64,000 bases of DNA from Camelus dromedarius. Its lineage: Eukaryota. Both the position numbers and the translations under genes were made by a program. This document shows positions 27,133 through 39,410 of this stretch, piece after piece. The stretch is taken from NCBI RefSeq assembly GCF_036321535.1, contig NC_087436.1:34722001-34786000 (forward strand). The letters run 5' to 3'. Below the pieces are notes generated by a model. The model searched no databases. It saw nothing but the letters and a program-made list of their open reading frames with translations, and was not told where the DNA came from. The stretch's first letter is position 1. Each line of letters opens with the position of its first letter.

Positions 27133-28664
27133 ATTAAATTTAGCATGTGATTTAAGGAGCCTGACTCACATGATTTATTTTCAAAGCAGAAAATTAGAGG
27201 TTCTCACACTTAACCCTTTTTTATTTAAAAATATAATTCTCATAGTCTGGTCAAGGCATATTTATATTTATATATATAAATCATGGCACAGAAGACCCTT
27301 CATATTAAAGGCAAGGTAAGATATACATCTCTATATTTAACTACTGAAGCAGGAAAGAAGAAAACACAATATCTTACTGGCTAGACTATCATGTTTTTAA
27401 GTGTCAAAAAGAAAAATAATATTCAAAGATGTCATCAGTAAATAATGACAGCCATCAAAACAAGATATGTAATTTTTATTTTGGAGTCTGAAACTCTTGA
27501 CATTTTAGAAGATTAAGATAATCTTTTTTCAAATCTTACAAAGATAGCATGTAGGGAAGGGAATTATGTGTAATGAGGTTTTTATTTATTTCTGGTTTAA
27601 CATGTCCTTCCCAGCCCTGACTGATTGTAACCACCACAGTTAGTTACCAGTGGAGAATAGTTCATTCAGCTCAAATAACAAAGAATGTGATTTTCCCCTT
27701 TATATTTTCTAGAAGAGTATGTCTTCTAATATGAATTAATCACTTAATTAATTTAATAGCCCTTTAATTTCTAACCACTGAGGGGAAAATTATTAGCTTG
27801 ACTTAGTATTTCTATCTGTCCCTAATCATGCTAGTTAATGTCTGTATTCTTTAATATAATTTCATCATTACAATATCATTGAAATATAACTAAAGAATTC
27901 AAAGCTTATTCAAAGAATTCTAAGTACATTCTGATCATATAGGCCATTTCCAATAAATTTTTGCAGTAATTCCAGGAAATGGTCAAGACAAACTATTCAA
28001 AAGGATTGTTCTGGGTAAGTAGCGGTCCTGATAAAACAAAGACCTTCAGAGATCCAAATTATTGGATTAAGATTAAAAAGTCACTTATTGATCTATCTTG
28101 ATTTCTTATTGTAAAGACAAGGGGAAAAAAATCAGTATAACTTCATCTTTGAGGTCAGCAAATAGGATGGATATTTCATTGAGTCTTTTCTCTAGAATAG
28201 ACCCAAAAGTTAGAAGTCCAGAGAAGACTAAAAGGGAAACTTCTCGAATTTCTAGTTATTATTTCAAAAAGGAATTAGTAAATTTTGATGGTGGATTATA
28301 ACTGTACAAATTATGTAAACTGACGATTTAAGCTTTATAACTTCCCAGGTTTTATTACTATTGATAATTGCCTTTTTTAAAGAAAAAGATGAATGGACAT
28401 TCATTTGGGAGTGAAGTGGAAACTTTCTTTGTGGGAAGAACACTAAAGATCAGAGTGGATGTTAGGAGCTTTAGAGGGAAGGACAAGAGGTAGCTGAGGC
28501 TGCAGGGAAAGACAGGAGGATGGGAAACTGGCCTGAGCCTTAGGTGCTACATTAGGACTGCATAAATAGAAGCCTTTGTGACCCTCCCTTAGGACAGTGG
28601 CCTGTGGTTCTAATTTTTGGGTCTACATGTGATATTTGTCCACTTTAGTCTCTATTTTGTAGTA

Positions 28665-29200
28665 AGTCATTCATTCATTCGTGAAACAGATAACTAGCGA
28701 GCCCTAACTCTGGGCCAGATACAGAAGATATGCTATGTATGATCTAGACAGATATGATCTTTTCTGTCATGGTTCATTGACTCTAGTGAGAAGAATAGAC
28801 GATTAAACCAGCAATTACAATGATGTATGGAAGGCATGATAATAGTAAAAACAGGGAGACGGTGCCCCCAACTTCTTGGGTCAGAGGAAGCTTCCAGAAA
28901 TAGTCAAATCTAAACCAGAATTGAAGAGGAGGAATTAGTTAATAAAAGAAGGGAGTGTGTTAGGGAAAGAGAAGCAGCCAGAGGAGAAGAGTCTAAGTAT
29001 TAAGAGGAATATGTGCAGAGATCCAGAGACGAGAAGGAGGACACCCCACATGAAAAGCTAGCCGACACTCAGCATTCATAGAAATCTGCGTCAGGGTCCA
29101 GGAGTGAAGGGTCTTGTTAAGAGTTTTGGCTTAGTCTTGAGGGAAATGATAAGTCATTAATAGATTTTTTTCTGCTTAGGAGTAACCTGATCTCATATTT
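28665..29200 (-). mobile_element. LINE-2 fragment
   Basis: cattcattcattc terminus followed by degenerate antisense L2 3' sequence. Confidence 0.55.
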
Positions 29201-29213
29201 TATGTAAGAAATA

Positions 29214-29725
29214 TGTATTAGCTCTCTATTGCTATATAACAAATTTTTACAAACTTAGCAGTTTTAAACAAGGCACATTATTATCTCACAGTTCTGTGGC
29301 TCAGAAATACAGATATGGCTTAGATGTGCCCCTGCTTAGGGTCTCACAAGGCTTCAACCAGGATATCTCCCAAGACTGTGTTTTCATGAGAGGCTTGGTT
29401 GGGGAAAGATCCTTTCCCAAGCTTTCCAAAGTTGTTGGCAGAATCCATTTCCATGTGGCTGTAGGATACATGGCAGCTTGCTTCTTCAAAGCCAGTAATG
29501 AAGAGAGAGAGTGAGTTGTGAGTCTGAAAGACATTCTTGCCTAATGGAACATCATCACAGTAGTGACGTCCCACCACATTTTCCATATTCTTGTTATTCA
29601 TATTATTCCCCATATTTTGTGAAACAAGTCACAGATCCTACCAAACTCAAAGGGAGGGAACTAAGCAAGGTGTGAACACCAAGTGGTGGAAACCATGAGG
29701 CAACCCTAGCTTGTGCCTACTACCC
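29214..29725 (-). mobile_element. MaLR LTR (MLT1 family)
   Basis: tgtattag...ctattgctatataacaaat...aaacttagcag...ttatctcacagttctgtgg...gttgttggcagaatccatttcc. Confidence 0.8.
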
Positions 29726-30868
29726 TCAACTGGAGAGAAATGGAGACATGGAGTTGCCATGTATAGTTGATACTAACCTACACTAAGACAGGGGAGATGG
29801 GAAAACTTTCTCAGATTCCAGAAATTTCTACCAAGTGGAAAAGACAAAATACAATTATTGAATTTCAGGACTGACTGAGAGGGAAGAATGCGAGATGATG
29901 CCCAGATTATAAATCTGAACAACTAGGTGGGTGCTGATCACTGAAATATGAGACAAAAAGGGAGGAAAAGGTTTTAAAGGTCTTTACGATGAGTTGTTTT
30001 TAACATCTTGAATTTCAGTCTTTAACATTGTCAATTTAGGATAACTATAGGGCTTCAAAGGGGTGAAGTCTAGAGGCAGTTGCAAATATGAAAATAACAG
30101 GCAAAGAGAAACTACTTAGTATTAACAAGACTCATCACAGCTGTATGTGCTTTCTAAAAAGAGCAGCAAAAATTTATCTCCGAAAGAGGTAATTCTCTTA
30201 AGAGGCAAAATCTTGGTCTTGCTTATAAGTTAAGAAAGACAAGGACCATTTGATACAGCCATATAGGTGCTATTTAGATGACTAATAATAATAGAAAGTT
30301 TGAAGTTGTCTGCTGCTACCTAGAAAAAGGAGCAATGCGCTGGCCTAGAAGATAAGACAAAAAATCCCAGCAACATAACTGGGGTCTGAGTCCAAGATAA
30401 ATTCTAAAGAAAAAAAATACATTTAAAGAATCTGTAATATGTTATTTTCTATTTTAATTGATTTCCTTTACCTCAAAAATTTCATTAAAACTTCTTTTAT
30501 GTATATAAGCCTTGTTTCAGTAGTGCTTTTGTGTAAGAAACAGCAGAGAGAACTTTACCTTTCATACATGGAGAGAAGGAAATAATCTCAAAAGCCACAA
30601 GCAACCAGGTGACAACAGAAAAGTTGCAACAGCATGAAACGAAGTTAATAATGTGGGCACTGTAACAGTGTATGACCTTTCATCTGGAAGGAAAGGAAGA
30701 CTTTTGCAGCTCTGATCTAGTGTGTGGAATGGGATTTGGAAACTTTTTTTTCCCTACCGAAGGAAAAGGTGACTAATCAAAGTGTAAGACTGTGGAAAAA
30801 GCAACTAGCAGACATTTATATGTATGTAATCAATGCCAAGTGCAGCCAAACTACCTCTTGCTTAATAG

Positions 30869-31019
30869 TTTTTTCCAGCCATACTGAGATACAAATGACA
30901 TATGACATTGTGTAAGTTTAGGATATACAATGTGTTGATTTCTACAAATACACTTATCTATTGTAAAGTTTAAAACCACAGTAGCTTTACTTAATACCTC
31001 CATCACCTCACATAATTAC

Positions 31020-31058
<39 letters not shown>

Positions 31059-32683
31059 AACAGTATTGTCAATAATAATTGCTATGCTGTACATTCGATT
31101 TCTAGAACTTATTCATCTTATAACTGGAAGTTTGTACCTTTGACCATCGTCTCCCCATTTCTCCCACCCCAAAGCCCCTGGCAACCATCATTCCGCTCTG
31201 TATGAGTTCAGCTTTCTTAGATTCCACATACAAGTGATAAACATGTGATATATACATATACAATGGAATATTATTCAGCAGTGAGAGAGAAGGAGATCCT
31301 GCCATTTGTGACAACACAGATGAAACCTGAGGGCATTATGCTAAGTGTAATACAGTTTGAAATCAGGAAGTGTGATGCTTCCAGCTTTGTTCTTCTTTCT
31401 CGGGATTGCTTTGGCTATTTAGGGTCTTTTGTGGTCCCATACAAATTTTGGGATTTTTTTTTTTTTCTGTTTCTGTGAAAAATGACTGGGAATTTTGATA
31501 GGCATTGCGTTGAATCTATAGATGACTTTGTATAGTATGGACATTTTAACAATATCAATCCTTCTGATCCATGAACGTAGAATATTTTTCCATTTATTTG
31601 TGTCTTCTTTGAGTTCTTTCATCAAAATCTTATAGCTTCCTATGCATAAATCTTTGGTTGAATTTCTATGTATTTTACTGTTTTTATGATATTGAATGGA
31701 ATTGTTTTCTTTCTTTTTCAGATAGCTCATTGTTAGTGCATAGAAACACAACTGGTTTCTGCTTGTTGATTTTGCATCCTGCAACTTTACTCAATTTATT
31801 TATTAGTTCCAACAGTTCTTCAGTGAAGTTTTTAGAATTTTCTATGTATAAGATTATATCATCTACAAAAAAGACAATTTTACATCTTCCTTTCTGATTT
31901 GAATGTTTTTCTTTCTTTTTCTTGCCTAGTAATTGCGCTGGCTGGGACTTCCAGAACGACACTGAATGGGGGTAGTGAGAGTGGACACCCTTGTCTAGTC
32001 CCTTAACTCTTAGGAAAAGTCTAATTTTTCACTTCTGAGTATGATGGTAGCTGTGGGTTTGTCACATACAGCTTTTACTATATTGAGATATTTTTCTTTT
32101 ATACCCAGTTTGTTGAGAGTTTTTGTCATAAAATAGTTGTATTTTGTCAGGCGCTTTTCCTACATCTGTTTTTCTGCATCATATGGTTTTTATCTTTTAT
32201 TCTATTAATGTGGTATATATCACATTTGTTGATTTGCATAGGTTGAACCAAACTTGCATCCCAGGGATAAATCTCACTTGATTGTGATGTGTGATCCTTT
32301 CAATGTTCTGTCAATTCAGGTTACTAACATTTTGTTGGGAATTTTGATATCTGTATTCATCTGGGATGTTGGCCTATAGTTTTCCTTCTTGTAGTGTCCT
32401 TATCTGATTTCAGGATCAGGATAATGATGGCCTTATAAAATGATTTTGGGAGTGTTTCCTCCTCTTCAGTTTCCTGGAAGAGTTTGAGAAGGGTTGGTAT
32501 TAATTTGTCTTTAAATGTTTGGTGGAACTCACCAGGGAAAGCCTCTAGCCCTGGCTTTTCTTCGCTGGGCGAATTCTGATTACTGATGCAATCTCCTTAC
32601 TTACCACTTGTTTGCTCAGATTTTCTATGTCTTCATGAATCAGTCTTGGTAGGTTGTATATTTCTAGGAATTTATCCATTTCT
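30869..32683 (-). mobile_element. 5'-truncated L1 (3'UTR plus decayed ORF2 RT region) with an internal inversion
   Basis: Minus-strand ORFs FVDDIILYIENSK...[18 protein letters not shown] and [25 protein letters not shown] match L1 ORF2; segment 31244-31347 is ORF2 C-terminus on the plus strand; possible TSD tg(c/g)t(t/c)aatagt. Confidence 0.93.
31021..31055. repeat. (TG)n microsatellite within the L1 3'UTR
   Basis: About 17 TG units. Confidence 0.97.
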
Positions 32684-34400
32684 GGTCAATAGTAATTGTA
32701 AGATGCCACTGATATAAGATATCCTGATATCAGAAGCATGGAGGGAAAAAAAAAAGAATTGCTTTAGAATCAGTGAATTGGTAAATAGTAATCTGCTCAC
32801 TACTAGAAAGAATGGAAGAGATAAGAGCTAGTTGGCATTCATTTCTCTAACCCATCTTTTTGTACAGCTCCCACCATTCTCAGTTTTATCTGGCTTCTTT
32901 GGATACAGGCAACAAAGCCATCAGTGCACTTAACGTCTTGTGAAGAGATGCCAGGGGAACATGGGGAGTGCACTGCATGCCTCTTCTCCAAAACTAACAG
33001 AGAAATTTGAAAAGCTAAGAATTATAAAAATTCAGAGGCCTTCTAGTTAAATGAACTTTTTGCCCTCACTGTCATAACCAGAGGAAGCCTTACATAAAAT
33101 AATTGCTCTGATCATCCAGGAATAGCTGAAGGTAGAAAGACAAGTTAGGAAACCTATATTTTAATTAATTTTGTGCTTGACTTTTGCTATATAATTTTGG
33201 TAGTTTATTAAATAGAAGATGGCTTTCAAAGCTCAAAATTTCCCAAAAGGGGTAGCAAACTAGAACAAGGGTGACCCTAAACAATCCCTTACCTCTGTCT
33301 AGCTTTAGAGTAAGTGAGGAGGTGACCTGGAGTCATTAAGAGATTTTTTTCCTGCTTTTGGTCAAATCCTAATTATTATAGTATGCATTAATAAAAGCCA
33401 CATGGCACAAATTTGAGGTTATTAAATCTTGTCTTGTGCATTATCTCAGTTTTTGCCATTTCAAATTGTATACTATCTTTAATAACACAAGCTTGTATAA
33501 TTAAAAGAATGAATGGAGCCTTAGCCTAAGTCATCGGAAGTATAAATAGAAACAGATGCACAGGATGTGCTTTAAATTTTAAAAAGGAGGAAAAAAGAAG
33601 ATAGTTTTAAAGAAATAAATTTCCAGCTCACTTAAAAGTATACACTGACGTGCAATAGCTGAAAAAAATGCCCCTTTCACCTCCTTCCCAAAGTGCACAC
33701 CAAGTGTCTCACAATGCTAAATGAATCATTTTAAAAGAAAAAGACTTAAAAAATCATGATCAAAACAAGATAAGTATCTTTGTAATTAGGAAGAGGAATG
33801 GAAGTGTCAAGTAATAAACAAGGCTGGAGTGTTGTGCAGGGTCAGGGAAGTAAGGAAGAAGCATCAGATATCGGGTAGCCTTAGGTTAAGTGGACTGAAG
33901 AGGCGACCCAGATGCAGGGACTGAAAACACGCTCACTGCCTGGAGCTAGAGATCAGATACAAGTCCCCTCTTATGAAAAGATTCTTAACAATTGCTGCTG
34001 GGCTGTCAGGCTGTTGCTTAGAACAAGTACAATGTCTAGAAAGCTGGGAGATCAAAAACAGAGCCCTTCTGCCAGTGAAGGAGCCAAGCCGCCTGCTGAC
34101 TTGGTAACCAAATCTGTGAGAGTTCCAAAATCACCCAGGGCAGAAGTTCCCGTGCTGCCACGCTAAGACTTGGTCTTTGACAACTATTTAAAAAGTCTAT
34201 ATTGTTAGACTGAGGCAAGTGAAACAACATCATTTTAAAAATGAACACTAACATAGAAACAAAACCAAGTGGAAATTTTTAAAAAGAGGTGGATATTATA
34301 TTAAAACAGTAAATTAGAAATCTAGGCAAAGAAAAAAATATATTCATTGAAGTAAAAGATCATACTTAAAATTATAAACATTAGGTAGGAAACATTACTT

Positions 34401-34925
34401 TGTATTAATTTTCTTTTGCTGTGTAACCAATTATCATAAATCTAGCCACTGAAAATGGCACACAATTATTATCTCGCTGTTTCCGTGGGTCAGGAGTCTG
34501 GGTAGGACCTAGCTAAGTCTTCTGCTCAGAACTCGTAAGACAGCTAACAAGGTATTGGCTGGGCTAAGTCCTCTCTGGATTTGGGGGGTTGTCTTCTAAG
34601 CTCACATGCTTGCTGGCAGAATGTTCTTGCAGTTGTACGTCTGAGGCCCTCAAATCCCAGAGGTTGCCCATAGTTCCTAACCATGTGTTTCTCTCCATAG
34701 GCACTCAGTAGCATGGCAGTCCTCTTCTTCGAGGCCACCAGGAGAGCCTTGCACTCTAATCTGCTAAGACAGAGTTTATATAATATAACCTCATCAAAGG
34801 AGTGATGCCCCCTCACTTTTGCCATATTCAGCTGGGTAAGAGCTAGTCATAGATTCAGTCCACATTTAAGGGAAGTGGACTATACAGCATGAGCCATCAG
34901 GGTTACCTTAGATTATTTCCATCAC
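34401..34925 (-). mobile_element. MaLR LTR (MLT1F-like)
   Basis: tgtattaattttcttttgctgtgtaacc...ttccgtgggtcaggagtctgg...cactttgccatattc. Confidence 0.8.
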
Positions 34926-37716
34926 ATATTGATATTAAAAATCAATGAATTAGAGCATACTACTCTAGAATTTTGCCAGAGAGAAAAACTACAATGTGTT
35001 AAGAAACAGAAAAAAGGTAGGATAAAGAACCTCCAACATAATTCTAAGTTCAAGATGAAGATAATAGAAATGACAGAAGAAACATTTAAAAAGTGGCAGA
35101 AAATTTTAAAGAATTAAAATAAGGCAACATAATAAAAAGTAGTCCTTGCTTGACAAATTCTTATCAGTAACAATAGGTTTCATAAGACATTGGGCTAAAA
35201 TCATCAAAGTACAGAGAGGGGAAAAACTATTAACCTAGAGTTATACAAACAGTTAAACTATCCTTTAAGAATATGAGGAAAGAGATTTTCAGGCAAATAC
35301 TATAAAATCTCCACCTAAAAAATTGCTTAAAGGATATAGTTTAACAATAAAATAAGCGGATATGTAAAATGGTTATACCTACAACAAAACTGAGCCTAAA
35401 AATTGAGAAATATATGATGGTGAATTTAATTACTGTCAACAAAACATGACTAAAACAGAAAATAAACATACAAAGAATGAATCAGAGAACGTTTCTGCGT
35501 TCACAATACTAAAATATCTGTTCCCTTACTAAATATTTCTCCGTCTCCTGCCATCATCTCACACTTTTCTCCCTCCCATTCTTCTTTCTTTCCTCTTCAA
35601 CTACAAAACTCACTGCTGCTGGTAGGAAGCAAACCTGGGGTTTTTTGACAGTCAAGACATGAAGATAAAGGCGAGGATATCTGACTTCCTCTGCTCTGAG
35701 ACTTAATATTCATATTTAGACCTTTGATCTGAGTGAGCAAAACTTGCCCCGACTATAGGATAATGAGACACTATCCAAAGAGATTAAGACCAAGAGCAAA
35801 GATAGTTCTGTTTTGGCCACAGCAGGTGAGCCTTCCCTCGTATTCCCAATGCAAACAGAATTTAATGCCCATGCTTTACAGAAATGGGCCAATCAGAACA
35901 TACTTTCCAGACAAGAGAATTTTTTACCTGACAAATACTTTTCATAGTTATATTATAATGCATAGCTTTGTTTTAGGCTTTGCTTTAGTTTCATTCCTTT
36001 TGTAAAAAATGAGCTAAAATATGGTATCTTTAAAACTGGTACTTACTGATGTCCATCAACTATTTCAGTCCACACTGGACTGGCTTTATTGATACAGCAT
36101 CATCCTTAAGGGAATTCAGTTTCAGGGCAAATCACTCACTTATTTATACCCTAAATAAGGGCATAAGATTATGAACCAAATTTTCAAACTCTTTACTCAA
36201 AATTGGAATTCACTAATAACTGGGACTCATTAGCTCCAGATCCAAATCACTGGTCTACTGGACTAATGTTGAATTTATCTTCTTTCTCCTAATATCAATG
36301 ATTATAAAACAGATATATTCCAACATCTTCTAAGTTGCAATAAATAAATGTACAGTTGACATAAAATACAATATGATGACAGAGACTCCAAAACCAATTG
36401 TTGAACTGAACCTGGGAATGACAAATTAATAAATAGCCTGTTGTGCTGATACTAAAATACTGATGGTGAGAGATCCTCCTAAGTGTCAGCAAGAATAAAG
36501 GTGCATTTTAAAAAGCAGATTCAATTTATACATCATTTGAATGGGATTCATGTTAAGTTATCTTCAAAATGAACAGTAAAATGAAAAAGTGAAGAATGCA
36601 TCATTGCAGTAAGGTTTTGCATGTGGTTATGGCTCTGTGAGAAAAAGGTGCATATTCAGCTAGCATGAGCCGTTTATGACTTTATCAGAGAACATGTACA
36701 AACACCTCAGAAATTAACTCTCTGTATCATTCCCAATAGCCTTTTAGAGGGTATGATTCACCAGTTACACAGATGCGTCATTCATTTTTACAATATTTAC
36801 CTATTAAAGAAAATCATAACCTCCTTTATTATTGCTTTAATTCCCCTTATCTCTTTAACGCTGTATCTCTTTATACCCATGTCTGTAAGTTATCTTACAG
36901 ACATGGGTATAAAATTTGCAATATTTAGTTCACTGAAGAACTAGTTGCAGATATACTCAAAACCTATTGTCCATTAATTGCAACAAGACACCAAGAGCAC
37001 CTTAAAGGAAAATAAATGTAAATAAACAGAGTCTTAACATACAACTGAGAAATACAATGGAAGTCAGATTAAGCTAATAACACAGAGAAAGTTAAGTGCC
37101 AATAATTCATTCTAATTGATCAAAACTTCCCACTCAAAACATCTGACACATCCTTCACAGGGCACCAAAGTGACAGGGTCATATGGGAAACAGAATAAGA
37201 AATTAACAATGCTCTGTGTGCTCAAAGAGGTAGATGAATGGTGCAATTACTAGCAAAGCTGGCGAGCTCGGAAAAAGAAAAAAGACACAATGAGTTCTTT
37301 TGGCTTCTTTATGTGCAAGTGCTTTTTAGGAGCACTAAACCGTCACAGCATCATTCGTCTTTCCCCCGAAGGGGAACGTTCCGAAGTCCCTCAAGTACAG
37401 AGTATAAGCATACCAATAGATCCTATGTCATATAGAATATGAAGTATTTACACTTTAGTGAAACTGGCTTACTGTAGTGCTCAGTAGACTATTTGAGTTA
37501 GCAAAATAGTGATGAAATAGGCCTGGTCTCTGTAGATAATAACAACATCAAGAAAATTTAAAAATAAAAATGGTATGCATTTAAAAGAGGCCATTGAATA
37601 GAATGTCCATCAGGGGTTTGAGATCTCTTGGCTCTCGTTGCAAGAGGCCTCAATCTTCAAATGAGGATTTTGTGACTTAATTGCACACACGGAGAGGTCT
37701 GGCTGGATGTACATAC

Positions 37717-37802
37717 AAGGAAAGCGAAACAAGCTTTGTTGCTGGGCATTTTTCTTTCCCAAAGACTCTGAGTAGTTTGTTGTTTTGCTCCATTTTCTCC
37801 AT
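37717..37802 (-). CDS. Candidate alternative first coding exon (MEKMEQNNKLLRVFGKEKCPATKLVSLS + TT, phase 2)
   Basis: Two in-frame ATGs (second in strong AAAATGG context), open to donor CTT|GTATGT (GT at 37716-37715); unique sequence with scattered CpGs; donor only moderate, and an alternative frame MPSNKACFAFL ends in phase 0. Confidence 0.33.
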
Positions 37803-38584
37803 TTGTTATATGGTTTTAAGCGTGTGGATGGACACACACCTGTATTCAATTTGAGTACCACGAACACACGGCTCTGTTGGCAGAAGAAGTAAGAGAAACT
37901 GGAATGCACAGAAGGGTTTTCTCTTCTCGCTGATGCCAGTTGCCTTTTTTTTTTTTTTTTTTTTGACTGTCTTCTCTGTTTTGGAACTAAAGAATACTTA
38001 AGATTACAGAGCAAAGCAAGAGAGACAAGATTTTTTTTTTCTTGCAAGTTCAACTAAAACCTGAAAATAGCAATTATAATAATGATTTATATTTACATAG
38101 CTGTCATCCAGCCTCCTAAATCTGTAAATGTTAAATCAAATGACTCAGATTTCAAAACAGTCTGACATGCCAGCTCTTATTTTATAATAGCAAACTAATG
38201 CACTATTTATATGTATATATTTATCCATCCCCTGGTATAACATTTAATCAAAATTTTAATTTTCCAACATTTCAGAAATCAATAATAGCCAAAAATTGAG
38301 GACTATTAAATGGTTCAATATATCTTTTTCAAATAAAGCCCCCTAAAAATCTTCTAGTTTACCACTAGTGAATGTAAGTTGATACTTGGAAAATGTATGC
38401 TTATAATCTGGAATATGAAAACCATGGATAGATAATACGTTGTGAAATAGGGTAATATACTATCATTATCTATTATTGATCAGACTTCATTTTTAATTCA
38501 ATTTTAGTTCAAGTTTAATTCAGTTCAACATGTTTCTGGAGTGTCAAGCTCTGAATCTCATATTGGACATAGCAAATGTGAGCC

Positions 38585-38630
38585 ATAGATAGTTACATAG
38601 ATAGATACATAGATACATAGATAGATAGAA
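38585..38630. repeat. (TAGA/TACA)n tetranucleotide repeat
   Basis: atagatagttacatagatagatacatagatacatagatagatag. Confidence 0.85.
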
Positions 38631-39224
38631 TATATATTTACATAAATATATGTATTTCTCCCTTCCATTCTCACATAGCAATTGTGAGCCTTCAAAAAAT
38701 AACTGTACAGAAAACTGCAGAACTTCAAGCAACTAAAAAGATTTTGACTTCTATGTGATTCTATTTTGTAGAATTTTTAATCTCTAGGACCTTAAGTCTT
38801 TCATGGTCTGGCTGTATAACTGGTATATGTCTGTGATTATAAAATTTTTATAAGGTTAAACTATAAAAATCAGTTGTGTATGAATTTTTCACATCTAACT
38901 TTTTATCATTTTAGTAAAAATTAACAAAAATTATTACCTAATTAAATTATCAGCATAAAAATCATTATCATATATTCGGGGAAAAGAGACAATACTGACT
39001 TAGCCTAGTAATAGTTTCATAATATGGAGACAGTTCAATCCATTGTTAGTCTCCTGATAAGAACGTCATGGAGGCAGCCTGGTTTGGGTTCATTGCAGAT
39101 TTCACCACATAGAATAGAGTAGTCAAATTCTTTTAGCCTGTTTCCTCTGCAATAAAACAGACACAAGTGTGTCACAGGATAATTGTGAAGACCAACTGAC
39201 AGAACATGTAAGAAGCATTTCTTG

Positions 39225-39410
39225 TATATATAGAAAATGTATAGGGAGAATGTATATATTTAAATATACAGAATATAAATATATAAAGACTATACATAAA
39301 TATATATAATAGAATATATAATATATATTACATATATAAATATGTGTATGATATAAATGTACACACATAAAATATGTACTTGTTTGTATATCTAAATGTG
39401 GATATATAGA
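39225..39410. repeat. AT-rich (TA)n low-complexity tract
   Basis: Degenerate tatata runs. Confidence 0.8.

Noticed and set aside
31419..31962. Reverse-transcriptase-like ORFs
   Set aside because: Frameshifted L1 ORF2 remnants, not a functional or novel RT system
33912..34166. 84-aa ATG-initiated ORF
   Set aside because: No homology recognised; lies beside degraded old L1-like sequence; no supporting splice or promoter signal
18821..37802. Assigning a gene symbol (for example PDE4D) to the candidate exons
   Set aside because: None of the peptides matches an isoform N-terminus I can reliably recall, and no constitutive exon is in the window
37610..38053. 147-aa ORF, the longest in the track
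   Set aside because: Non-ATG start, poly-Lys from an A-run, no recognisable domain; a different frame is the candidate exon
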